Of a DNA stretch of 61,479 bases, positions 9,444-18,139 are shown piece after piece; positions within the stretch are counted from its first letter, which is position 1; each line of letters starts with the position of its first letter. The translations under genes were made by a program, and so were the position numbers. The notes beneath the pieces are model-generated. The model was not told where the DNA came from. It saw only the letters and a program-made list of their open reading frames with translations, and searched no databases. The stretch comes from a virus (taxonomy: Duplodnaviria; Caudoviricetes): positions 1-61,479 of the IMG/VR virus record IMGVR_UViG_3300020175_000007. One strand, written 5' to 3'.

Positions 9444-10007
9444 TTATGTCTTTAATCCTTCTAAGTAGTCTATTACAGATTTTACATGCTCATCAACTTT
9501 ATCTTGATCTACTTTTCCTACCCATTTTTCAACATCTCCTTGTTCTGTAACAAAAGTATCATTTTCTTTTACTTTTTCTTTAATCCAAATTTTAAAATCT
9601 TTTATTTTATTATCGATTTCATTATTTTTTATTTTTCTAGTATATTCATCATAATCGCCCTTTATCATCATTTTGGTTTCCATATCAGTAACACAATCAT
9701 GGCATTTTTTATGGATTTGATAAAATGCTTTATGATTAGAATGATTCATTATTCTATTACATTCTGGGCATAATAAAGGCATTACGTGTGCTTTTTTAGC
9801 AGAATCTAACTTAGTTATATTTTGTTTTATACCTTTTTTAATAGTCCATTTACGACCATCTTCTTCCCAAATATCTCCCTCTTCATGAAATTCAGCTGCT
9901 TTTTTGTAACCTACTCCTATAGTTGTTTTATTACCATATTTACCTGTTACTAAATTTCTAAGACGTTCAACATCTTTTCTTTTAAATTCTTTTTTTAATT
10001 TTGTCAT
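9444..10007 (-). CDS. Hypothetical protein with Zn-binding CxxC...CxxC motif
   Basis: CPEC and CHDC motifs in a 187-aa ORF. Confidence 0.7.
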   Translation of the reverse strand: MTKLKKEFKRKDVERLRNLVTGKYGNKTTIGVGYKKAAEFHEEGDIWEEDGRKWTIKKGIKQNITKLDSAKKAHVMPLLCPECNRIMNHSNHKAFYQIHKKCHDCVTDMETKMMIKGDYDEYTRKIKNNEIDNKIKDFKIWIKEKVKENDTFVTEQGDVEKWVGKVDQDKVDEHVKSVIDYLEGLKT

Positions 10008-12109
10008 AAACCTAATTTTTTAAGTTGTCTAATAGTATCAGCAGTGGATGTATGTAATATACCAACTCCTCCTCGGGAAACCCACTGATCTATGTTAGAC
10101 TTTCTATCATCAATTAATATGTGATTAGGAGCTGCGTATTTTTGTTTATCTGCTGAGTAAGCCAATGTTAATTTTACACCAGGCATATTATTTCTAACCC
10201 ATAATCTTTTACCTAATCTTGAAGATTCTGATCTTGATGGTGAAGATAATAATTCAACATCATAATCCTTAATATAATTCCAATATTGTTCTCCATCAGA
10301 CATATAAGGCATTCCTACCCAAAATCCTACTCCTTTGCTATCAATTAATTCCCAAAACTTATTAATTCCAAACTTTTTTTCATAATCTCTAGGTGCTATA
10401 CCATCTGATGCCTTTTTAAATGATTCATCAAAATCTGTTATTACACCATCCATATCCGAAAATATTTTATATTCCATATCATCTTCTCTTAACGTTGCTA
10501 ATTCACGAGCATAAGCATTTAAACCAAAGGGATCTTTAACTTTTGGTTGATCTTCATCTAAAAAGCTAGCTTCAGCATTTTCTGCTTCAGGAGCATTTAT
10601 TTCATATTCTTCATTTAAACTATCAGTCCAATTTCTAAATGTCATTGTACCCCTTAAATTAGCTTCTTGTTCTAATTTGTCTAAATGGTCATCTTCTGTT
10701 GTATTTGTACTAGATATATTGCCTAATCTATCCTCTAAATATTGAATATGATGAATCATTTCATGTGCAAATGAACGTACTATATCTTTAGGATGTCGCC
10801 CCTCAGTATATAACACAATAAGTTGTTCATCTGGGCTATAATACGCTGTTTTACCGAAAAAATCGCGTGCATTTTCACTATCACCATCAACAAATCTTAC
10901 TTTAGGTAAAGGTTTAATATTCATGCCTTTATCTAACATATGTTTAGTTAACTGAACTATTTTCTTTTTAAAGTTTATATCTTTAGAATATGAAGCATTT
11001 TCATTTAAACGTTTCCAACCAGGAGAGTATTTAGGAGTATTATCATGATCACATTTATGACAAATATATAAATCATCACCACCATCTTTAATTTTCCAAG
11101 ACCAATCACAATTATCACATTCAATTTTATCACCTATAATTGCTTCATTTAATGGTTTACCTATTTCATATGGTATATCTTTTTCTTTTAAAGCATCTTC
11201 ATATTCTTCATCTGGTTCAGGTAATACTACTTTGATTATATATTTAGATAAATTTATAATATCTGTATCAATTACCTCTTCCATTTCATCATATTGACTT
11301 ATCTCTTCATAATCAGGGTTATCTGAGGTGTCTTTAAATGGTCTAATTTTATATTTAGTACGTAATTTATCTTTATCAAGAATAAAATAGGGTTGATCTC
11401 CTAACCATTCTGCAGCATATGAGTCTAAACTACGAGTTAAACTTATGGGACCCCTTAATATGTTATCATCTAAAACATCTGATAGGTATTGGGTAAAATG
11501 GTATAAAACACCAAATTGTGGACCTTCATTTAAATTTTCATTTAAATTATTAGTTATTATATTATATACTTCTACTGCTTCTTTATCTGATATTACAGAT
11601 GGTAATAATGGTGTAAGTTTTTCAATTGAAATATTTGCAGCATTTCTTGCTGCTGTACCTGAAGCCCCTGTTGTTGTAACAGTAACTGCTAAAGCAATAT
11701 TTGGATAATTATTTATAGCTTTAGTTCTAGAAGCTATATCACCAAAATCTTCTTCATCACCTTCTCTAGCTCCTATTATCCATAAAACATTAGTTTCAGG
11801 ATTATTTTTAGCATAGTTATAAACTGCTTTTATAGGGGGAGTTGATGTTGGTATTAATTCAACTTTTAATGGTAAATAATTTGCATAAATTTCCCATACA
11901 AGTAAAGATTGAGCTTGAGTTATACCACCTCTTTCTTTTTTACCTATATAAATTAATAATTCATCTATATCTGGGTGTTCTTCTAATGCTTGTTTTATAA
12001 CTTGAAAGTGGCCTTTAGTTGGGGGTTTAAATCCTCCAGCATATATAGCTACAGTTTTTTCTTCATCTTCAGGCAATAAACCTTTAAGTATTTCGTCTAC
12101 TAATTTCAT
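10004..12109 (-). CDS. Polyprotein: cytidyltransferase-like NTase, ADP-ribosyltransferase-like module, Zn ribbon, HExxH zincin, HAD 5'(3')-nucleotidase
   Basis: Motifs in order: YAGGFKPPTKGH (HIGH-type NTase); LYHFT..ISLTRS..DEMEE (ART-like); CDNC..CHKC; FAHEMIHHIQ..EQEAN; IFSDMDGV..LIDDR (NT5C-like HAD). Confidence 0.8.
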   Translation of the reverse strand: MKLVDEILKGLLPEDEEKTVAIYAGGFKPPTKGHFQVIKQALEEHPDIDELLIYIGKKERGGITQAQSLLVWEIYANYLPLKVELIPTSTPPIKAVYNYAKNNPETNVLWIIGAREGDEEDFGDIASRTKAINNYPNIALAVTVTTTGASGTAARNAANISIEKLTPLLPSVISDKEAVEVYNIITNNLNENLNEGPQFGVLYHFTQYLSDVLDDNILRGPISLTRSLDSYAAEWLGDQPYFILDKDKLRTKYKIRPFKDTSDNPDYEEISQYDEMEEVIDTDIINLSKYIIKVVLPEPDEEYEDALKEKDIPYEIGKPLNEAIIGDKIECDNCDWSWKIKDGGDDLYICHKCDHDNTPKYSPGWKRLNENASYSKDINFKKKIVQLTKHMLDKGMNIKPLPKVRFVDGDSENARDFFGKTAYYSPDEQLIVLYTEGRHPKDIVRSFAHEMIHHIQYLEDRLGNISSTNTTEDDHLDKLEQEANLRGTMTFRNWTDSLNEEYEINAPEAENAEASFLDEDQPKVKDPFGLNAYARELATLREDDMEYKIFSDMDGVITDFDESFKKASDGIAPRDYEKKFGINKFWELIDSKGVGFWVGMPYMSDGEQYWNYIKDYDVELLSSPSRSESSRLGKRLWVRNNMPGVKLTLAYSADKQKYAAPNHILIDDRKSNIDQWVSRGGVGILHTSTADTIRQLKKLGL

Positions 12110-12894
12110 TAAATTAAAAATTGTCTAAGTTTTCCTTGTGCTTCTTCTTTAGAAACTGAATTATCAATTATATTTGCTACTGCTTCATCTGAAAGTAAAG
12201 CTGTAATTTCTTTATTTGCCTTTTCTTTTTGTTTAGCTGAATATGCTGCTCTAGCTGGTGATTTAGGTTTAGTATCTTTAGGTGAATAAGGTTTTAAATA
12301 TTTATCTACTATTGCATCTAATGATCCTAATTTTTCATCTTCTAAAGTATTAGAAACAGAAACAAAATTTTCACCAAAAGCATTTTTATATTCATCATAA
12401 TTTTTAGTTACACTACCCCAAGTACGTAATACAATAGCAGGTGCTAAACTTCTATCTTCACCATCCGATTTTTCAAACCTATCTTGGTTTTGTTTTAATG
12501 AACGTTCTAAATCAGTATAAACATAAAGCATAAATACTTCATATCCTGCTTCTTCTAATTCATCTTTTAATTTCATTGTTTGTTTAGATGATGAAGCTGT
12601 TCCATCTAATATAAATGATTCTTTACCTTCAATTGTAGTAGCTATATCACCTTTAAATTGTTTATTAGCATCGGCCATTGCTTTAGCTTGTTTACTTCTT
12701 TCTTCAGGTGTTGCATTTTTTAAATCTAATGAAACATTTGCTTGTTTAAGCATATCAATGTAGATATTATCAATATTCATTATTTTTAAACCTCCTAAAT
12801 TTAAACCTTTTAAGACATATCCTTTACCTGCACCTGGTGCTCCTGCTAGTATAATAGCTTTAGGGCTACCCTTTATTTCGTTAATTAATTCCAT
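12109..12894 (-). CDS. P-loop kinase, zeta-toxin/AAA_33-like
   Basis: Walker A GAPGAGKG, FILDGT and a LKQNQDR lid region. Leader MELINE. Confidence 0.75.
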   Translation of the reverse strand: MELINEIKGSPKAIILAGAPGAGKGYVLKGLNLGGLKIMNIDNIYIDMLKQANVSLDLKNATPEERSKQAKAMADANKQFKGDIATTIEGKESFILDGTASSSKQTMKLKDELEEAGYEVFMLYVYTDLERSLKQNQDRFEKSDGEDRSLAPAIVLRTWGSVTKNYDEYKNAFGENFVSVSNTLEDEKLGSLDAIVDKYLKPYSPKDTKPKSPARAAYSAKQKEKANKEITALLSDEAVANIIDNSVSKEEAQGKLRQFLI

Positions 12895-12926
12895 ATTATA
12901 ATATTATATGTTATAAATATGAATGT

Positions 12927-13052
12927 TTATATCATATTCATATACTGTAAAAATTCCAACTCTTCTTTAGTTACAGTCATAACATCTTTTTGCATAATTT
13001 CTTGTGCACGGTTATATTCTTGTTCTGCTGCATATAGTTCTTCTGAGTTCAT
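12927..13052 (-). CDS. Small hypothetical protein (41 aa)
   Basis: Hand-translated MNSEELYAAEQEYNRAQEIMQKDVMTVTKEELEFLQYMNMI; TAATG-coupled to the upstream ORF. Confidence 0.6.
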   Translation of the reverse strand: MNSEELYAAEQEYNRAQEIMQKDVMTVTKEELEFLQYMNMI

Positions 13053-13210
13053 TACATCCATTCTAATTTTGTTTTTAATTGATTTAATTTTTCTTTAGCT
13101 CTATTAATTTTAAGAATATTTTCTTCTTGATCATACATTAGTGGTTCTTCTAAATCCTCTAAAGTTTCCATTATTAAAGTATAAATTTGTTCTTTTAATT
13201 CTTTATCCAT
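13052..13210 (-). CDS. Small hypothetical coiled-coil protein (52 aa)
   Basis: Hand-translated MDKELKEQIYTLIMETLEDLEEPLMYDQEENILKINRAKEKLNQLKTKLEWM; fills the gap after 13212..13490. Confidence 0.6.
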   Translation of the reverse strand: MDKELKEQIYTLIMETLEDLEEPLMYDQEENILKINRAKEKLNQLKTKLEWM

Positions 13211-13211
13211 A

Positions 13212-13490
13212 TTATTTTATTATTGTAATTAATTTATAATTAATTTTACCTATTGATTTCTTACCTAACATATCATATGTGTATAATGTAACACAGGTAG
13301 GACCCCATTTAGTAACATTCATACCACTAATTGAAAGGAATTCATCTACATTAATTGAATCAGCTTTTTTACTTACTTTAAATATTTTTGGATTCTTTCC
13401 ATACTCACCATTCTCATTTGTACCATAAGAAGTAATACCTTTAACTGTAAATCTTACATCACCTTTTTGTAATTGCTCTCTAATATTCAT
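13212..13490 (-). CDS. Hypothetical early protein
   Basis: 92-aa ORF directly downstream of a host-type promoter and an AAAGGTTAT leader. Confidence 0.7.
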   Translation of the reverse strand: MNIREQLQKGDVRFTVKGITSYGTNENGEYGKNPKIFKVSKKADSINVDEFLSISGMNVTKWGPTCVTLYTYDMLGKKSIGKINYKLITIIK

Positions 13491-13536
13491 ATAACCTTTA
13501 TTTTTTGTTTTCCGGCGTTTTGCCTTATTTACATGG

Positions 13537-13568
13537 TAAATATACGAACCCTCCTTCAGGTAACCAAA
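13537..13568 (-). promoter_or_regulatory. Bacteroidota sigma-A-type promoter TTTG-N20-TATATTTA
   Basis: Matches the -33 TTTG / -7 TAnnTTTG consensus with one mismatch. The same spacing recurs at six other sites. Confidence 0.75.
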
Positions 13569-13583
13569 TTTTTACGCGGAGAT

Positions 13584-14351
13584 TTATAATCCAAATCTTG
13601 ATTTTTGTGCGTTAAAATTTTGTGTTACTTCTGCTGCTGTTAGGGCTTTATTATATATATATAAATTCCCCAAATCACCCTTGAAACTTTGTACATATTG
13701 ATAGGTATTAGTTCCTGTAGAACGTCCAAATGTGTTAGGTATAAAATACTCAGAATCTCCACCAGTTCCATTTGACATATAGCCAGTATAAAATAATTCA
13801 CTATCCCTATACCATCTGACAGGGTGGTTGGTTTCATTATTAGCAAATACTAAGGTCAAATTAAACCATTCATCTAAAGTATGTCCCCCATCTGCATTGT
13901 TACCACCACCTCCAAAACTATAACCATTTTGTGTTGTAGCCTCTGTTCTCCAATAACCACCATTATTTATGTTTGATGATCTGTATTCTAAATGATTTAT
14001 TGTTGTACCACCAACAAATATACCATGGCCATTTGCTTGATTACCAGTAAATCTCATCCATACAGAATAAGTAACACCATTTGGTTTAGTTGATGCAAGT
14101 GTAGTAGTAGCAGTGTTATTTAAAGTAATATGTTCACCAACAGGAGATGAAGTTCTTGCACCATTACCAGCAAATGACATATAACCGTTGTTGTTCCATG
14201 TGACCTCGTCTTCCCCAGCCCCCATGTTACTATTATAGCCATTCTCACTTAAATCAAACCAAGTAGTTCCTGTACCTGGGTATGATCTTTTAGAGGCAGC
14301 ATCCATTGCAAGTACTAATTGATCTGTTACTATGTGTGGTCCTGTATACAT
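13584..14351 (-). CDS. LamG/concanavalin A-like domain protein
   Basis: N-terminal GPHIVTDQLVL.MDA...SYPGTG and C-terminal YNKALT.AEV.QNFNAQKSRFGL pattern. Confidence 0.8.
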   Translation of the reverse strand: MYTGPHIVTDQLVLAMDAASKRSYPGTGTTWFDLSENGYNSNMGAGEDEVTWNNNGYMSFAGNGARTSSPVGEHITLNNTATTTLASTKPNGVTYSVWMRFTGNQANGHGIFVGGTTINHLEYRSSNINNGGYWRTEATTQNGYSFGGGGNNADGGHTLDEWFNLTLVFANNETNHPVRWYRDSELFYTGYMSNGTGGDSEYFIPNTFGRSTGTNTYQYVQSFKGDLGNLYIYNKALTAAEVTQNFNAQKSRFGL

Positions 14352-15121
14352 TATAGTCCGAATCTGTTTTTTAGTGCATTATAGTTTTGTTGTAATTCTG
14401 TTGGTGATAGAACTCTATTATAAATTTTAGTTAAACTTCTATCTCCATAATGATACCACCCATACAAAGTTCCAATAGTTGCTCCACTCCCATCATATAA
14501 AGAATTTGTTAAAGAAGAAATGTCACCTGTATCTTGAAGTATTCCATTTATATGATTTCTTATTTCTCCATTATCTCTATCCCAAATAATTTGTCTACAC
14601 TGCCATTTATTTAATATTGATAAATTTGTATCTACAGTTAAATAATCATTAACTTCATATCCAGTACCTCCACCATCAGATGCCCCAACTCTTAATGTAC
14701 CCATACCCATAGAATTACCATGATTCCAATCAAAACCTACAGCACCTGTTCCATAAGCTGGGGATGAAAAAACTGAACCTGCTGGGGTTTGAGGATAATC
14801 TAATCCCTTTATATTTATCCATTCTTCTATAGTCCATCCTCCACTAGTAACATTTACTATAGCAGCTAAATCTGTTGAAGCATTATAAGTAAAAGCTAAT
14901 TTATAAGTTCCACCTAAATACCCACTATCATAAGTACTAGTAAAAACTGATGTAGAACCACTTATTCCTGCTTCAGCTATAGTACCATTTGTTTGAGTAA
15001 TAGTTGTATTACTACCTATTAAATCATTAATAGAAGTACCTGATCCCGGGTATGATTTAGGATTAGCAGGATCCCAACATAAAGCTAATCCATCTGTTAT
15101 TACGTGTGGTCCTGCATACAT
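14351..15121 (-). CDS. LamG/concanavalin A-like domain protein
   Basis: Paralog of the neighbour: GPHVITDGL..WDPANPKSYPGSG...YNRVLS..ELQQNYNALKNRFGL. Confidence 0.8.
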   Translation of the reverse strand: MYAGPHVITDGLALCWDPANPKSYPGSGTSINDLIGSNTTITQTNGTIAEAGISGSTSVFTSTYDSGYLGGTYKLAFTYNASTDLAAIVNVTSGGWTIEEWINIKGLDYPQTPAGSVFSSPAYGTGAVGFDWNHGNSMGMGTLRVGASDGGGTGYEVNDYLTVDTNLSILNKWQCRQIIWDRDNGEIRNHINGILQDTGDISSLTNSLYDGSGATIGTLYGWYHYGDRSLTKIYNRVLSPTELQQNYNALKNRFGL

Positions 15122-15648
15122 TATGTAGTCGCTGGGTTATATAACATCCATAATTCAACTAATTGTACTGCTATTCCGGGACCTGGAAAATGGTTTGTTT
15201 CACTCCATTGATTACCTGCTATAGCAAAATACCAATTACTTTGTGGTGATAAAGTACCATCTAAAAATGAACTACCTGAATTATCATATCTTTCTAATCC
15301 TCCCCATCCAACTCCTGAATATTCGATGTCTATAGCAACATAACCATCCACACCCCCACTACCATCTGAATCTACAGGGTTTGAGGTTTGTGACCATATA
15401 TTAGTTATACTATCATTAGGATAATCTAATTTTAAAGTAAATTTATCATTTCTTAAAAACCTACCCCAAGAAGATAAAATAGAGTACTTATTACTATTAG
15501 TATCGCTAGTATTAGATTGGTAAGCTTCCTCCCAACCATTAGCACTTGAAAAAAAATCTCCAGTAGATGTATCATTACGAAAAATTTTTACCCATTCTCC
15601 ATACGAATCAGTTACTCTTTCTAATATTGGTCCTCCAAATGTTCCCAT
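15121..15648 (-). CDS. Fibrinogen C-terminal-like domain protein
   Basis: WVKIFR..GDFF..WEEAY..KYSIL..FTLKLDYP..IWSQTSNP..WYFAI pattern. Shares the GP start motif with its neighbours. Confidence 0.55.
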   Translation of the reverse strand: MGTFGGPILERVTDSYGEWVKIFRNDTSTGDFFSSANGWEEAYQSNTSDTNSNKYSILSSWGRFLRNDKFTLKLDYPNDSITNIWSQTSNPVDSDGSGGVDGYVAIDIEYSGVGWGGLERYDNSGSSFLDGTLSPQSNWYFAIAGNQWSETNHFPGPGIAVQLVELWMLYNPATT

Positions 15649-15655
15649 TATAATC

Positions 15656-16381
15656 TTAAGCTTTAATATCTAATCCAAATCTAGTTTTTAGTCCATCATA
15701 ATTTTGCTTTACTTCACCAGCAGTTAAAACTCTATTATAAACAGCAAAAGGTCCAAAATCACCATCCCAAGATACTGTATTTCCTTGGTCGTCATCTGGA
15801 GATCTCATTATTATAATATAATTAAAATTTACATCTGTGACTAAAGCAGCTGAAGTATTACTAGCAACTGAATATCCATTGTTATACATTACATAATCAG
15901 CGTCTCCACCTGATTCTGTTCCAGATTTAGTAATAACAATGTTATACCAATTACCTGTTTGTGAAATACCACCAGATACTAAATTATTACTAGATCCAGC
16001 CGTTGGTCTAAAATTTAAATCAGGTACACTATCTAAAGTTAATCTTAAATGACCATTACCAACATTCATTAAATCCCACATTCTACTTTCATTAGCTGTA
16101 GAAGTATCTCTTAATCCCCAAGCTGATACAGACCATTCTGTAGTTGCCCAATCAATATTACCCGCTGTTCTTAAAAAACGAAAATTACCACCATCGCCAG
16201 TTGATGTTATAATTTTAGGATCTCCCTCTATAGTCATTTCTGTTGGAGTAAAGGTTTGATCACTATAATTACCCATTAAATCCGCCATATTTATCCCACC
16301 TTCATTAGATTTAATATTTGCAGGATCTGCATATAAAATTAATCCATCTAATATAATATTTGGTCCTCTAAAAAATCCCAT
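15656..16381 (-). CDS. LamG/concanavalin A-like domain protein
   Basis: GPNIILDGLILYADPAN...WYNIV...YNRVLTAGEVKQNYDGLKTRFGL. Confidence 0.8.
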   Translation of the reverse strand: MGFFRGPNIILDGLILYADPANIKSNEGGINMADLMGNYSDQTFTPTEMTIEGDPKIITSTGDGGNFRFLRTAGNIDWATTEWSVSAWGLRDTSTANESRMWDLMNVGNGHLRLTLDSVPDLNFRPTAGSSNNLVSGGISQTGNWYNIVITKSGTESGGDADYVMYNNGYSVASNTSAALVTDVNFNYIIIMRSPDDDQGNTVSWDGDFGPFAVYNRVLTAGEVKQNYDGLKTRFGLDIKA

Positions 16382-16402
16382 TTATACGTTTTATTATAAA
16401 TA

Positions 16403-17170
16403 TTAGGAGGATCTTTTTACTGTAGTTTTAAATGAAGTTGTTGCAGGTTTATGTTTTGGATTTTCAATATCAAATATACTTTTTACTGATTTATAAATAT
16501 CTATATTTTCTTCTTGTGTTCTTGGTGATTCATATACTTCCCAATTTTTACCTTTTAAACGCTTACCAGAATTATCTACACCTCTAGATTTTGATTTTAA
16601 CCATAATACACCTACTCTATCAGCTGTTTTACCAAAACATTCTTTGTAACATTGAGCGTATGCTGCTCCTTGTAAATCATAAGTAGTTTGTAAATGATTT
16701 GATGTTTTAAAATCTAAAACCCATAATTCATCATCTATTTCACAAATTAAATCACAAGTACCAGCTACTTTAAGTTCTTCACTAAATAAATGTACTTCTG
16801 TTTCAATTAAGGTAGGGTTATGTGTTTCCCAAAAATCAACAAATCTTAAAAACATTTGCCAAACTAAAGGATCCATTTTAGGATAACCCTCTTTATTAAG
16901 ATAAGTTAATTCTGTACCTGTAAAGTATTCTTCAATCATTTCATGTACTTTAGTACCTTCTTCACTTGCTTTTTTAACAATCCAGTCAGCTGAATGGCCT
17001 ACTTTTTTAAGCCAATCCTGAAAGTATTTACCTTTTGGGTAACAGTTTAAAACATAAGTAATAGAGGGATAAAATTCACCATTACGTCTGTAGTACCTTG
17101 AATCAGGTAAAGTAATTTGTTTGTGGTCATCAGAAATTTCTAAAATTCTGTTATACGATTTTTTTATCAT
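16403..17170 (-). CDS. PD-(D/E)xK phage exonuclease (RecB/Cas4-like fold)
   Basis: YPSIT, GTKVH, E..L.S..AGTCD, LDFKTS, Q..AYA motifs. Confidence 0.85.
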   Translation of the reverse strand: MIKKSYNRILEISDDHKQITLPDSRYYRRNGEFYPSITYVLNCYPKGKYFQDWLKKVGHSADWIVKKASEEGTKVHEMIEEYFTGTELTYLNKEGYPKMDPLVWQMFLRFVDFWETHNPTLIETEVHLFSEELKVAGTCDLICEIDDELWVLDFKTSNHLQTTYDLQGAAYAQCYKECFGKTADRVGVLWLKSKSRGVDNSGKRLKGKNWEVYESPRTQEENIDIYKSVKSIFDIENPKHKPATTSFKTTVKRSS

Positions 17171-18102
17171 AAAGATAGTTTTTTCTCCATTAAATTATAA
17201 TAGGTTAATGAAGGAGTATTTTGGATTAATTTGGTGAAATTAAGGAAACCCATTTCACTTGGATCCTTATCTTGCATGTCTACAAGATAGACTTCTTTAC
17301 CTTCTGCTAATAATAATTCACAAAAACGTAAAGCTTGTTTTATTGCATCCCTATCTAACGCAATATATATTTTATTTACTTGAGTAGTAATTAATTTTTT
17401 CATTAAATTACTCTGAATGTTTTTACCTAATAAAGGTATTGCATTTCTTTTTATAGCTATAGCATCAAATACCCCTTCACATAAAATAACTGGTAGGCTC
17501 CAATTAATAAAATGTTCATTAGGTATTATATCTCTTGATACTTGTGGGTTTTTATATTTTATAAATGCTTCTTTTTCAAAAGAACGTGCAATAAAATAAT
17601 TTAACATACCATCTTTATCATAAGTCGGTATAATTATCATATTTTTATATATTCCTTCTTCACAATAACCAATATTATATTTTATAAAATCCGTGGAAGT
17701 AATACCTCGCTTTTTTAAGTACGCTATAGCGTGTTTTTTTATTATACTATTGTTATTTTGTTGATCTAGACATATATATTCTGTTGGTAATTTAATTACA
17801 TCAGCTGATTTTATGTTATATTTTACATTAGATGAAGTATCTTTTACTAATGATTTAGCTTCTGCTATTTTATTAGGAGGTGCTTTTGTTTGATATAATA
17901 AAGGCATAATTGATTTACCTTTTTTATCACATACCCAACAATGCCAAGGATTTAAACCTTCTTTATTTTCAGTAAAATTAATTTCTAATTTAGGTTTATG
18001 ATGATTACAATAAGGACAATTATATGCTAAATTACCCCTAGCAGTTTTTTTACCTGTACCCAATATAGAGTTTACTAATGTAACTAATAGTTGATTAATC
18101 AT
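17167..18102 (-). CDS. DNA primase (Zn finger plus TOPRIM)
   Basis: CPYC..H..HCWVC zinc finger; CEGVFDA and LDRDA/KDPS TOPRIM motifs. Likely start is the ATG at 18102. Confidence 0.85.
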   Translation of the reverse strand: MINQLLVTLVNSILGTGKKTARGNLAYNCPYCNHHKPKLEINFTENKEGLNPWHCWVCDKKGKSIMPLLYQTKAPPNKIAEAKSLVKDTSSNVKYNIKSADVIKLPTEYICLDQQNNNSIIKKHAIAYLKKRGITSTDFIKYNIGYCEEGIYKNMIIIPTYDKDGMLNYFIARSFEKEAFIKYKNPQVSRDIIPNEHFINWSLPVILCEGVFDAIAIKRNAIPLLGKNIQSNLMKKLITTQVNKIYIALDRDAIKQALRFCELLLAEGKEVYLVDMQDKDPSEMGFLNFTKLIQNTPSLTYYNLMEKKLSL

Positions 18103-18107
18103 GGGTA

Positions 18108-18139
18108 TCAATATATGAAATTATTTGCTGGTATCCAAA
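18108..18139 (-). promoter_or_regulatory. Bacteroidota-type promoter TTTG-N20-TATATTGA upstream of primase
   Basis: Exact 20-nt spacer; ends 5 nt before the ATG. Confidence 0.6.

Noticed and set aside
12109-12894. Zeta/epsilon toxin-antitoxin module
   Set aside because: No recognisable epsilon antitoxin; the small upstream ORFs belong to a separate promoter unit, with a late motif in between.
13584-16381. Diversity-generating retroelement acting on the lectin array
   Set aside because: No reverse transcriptase and no near-identical template/variable repeat pair differing at adenines was seen in the window.
16403-17170. Cas4-like nuclease as a sign of a CRISPR-Cas system
   Set aside because: No array or other cas genes are present; it sits next to the primase as a typical phage exonuclease.
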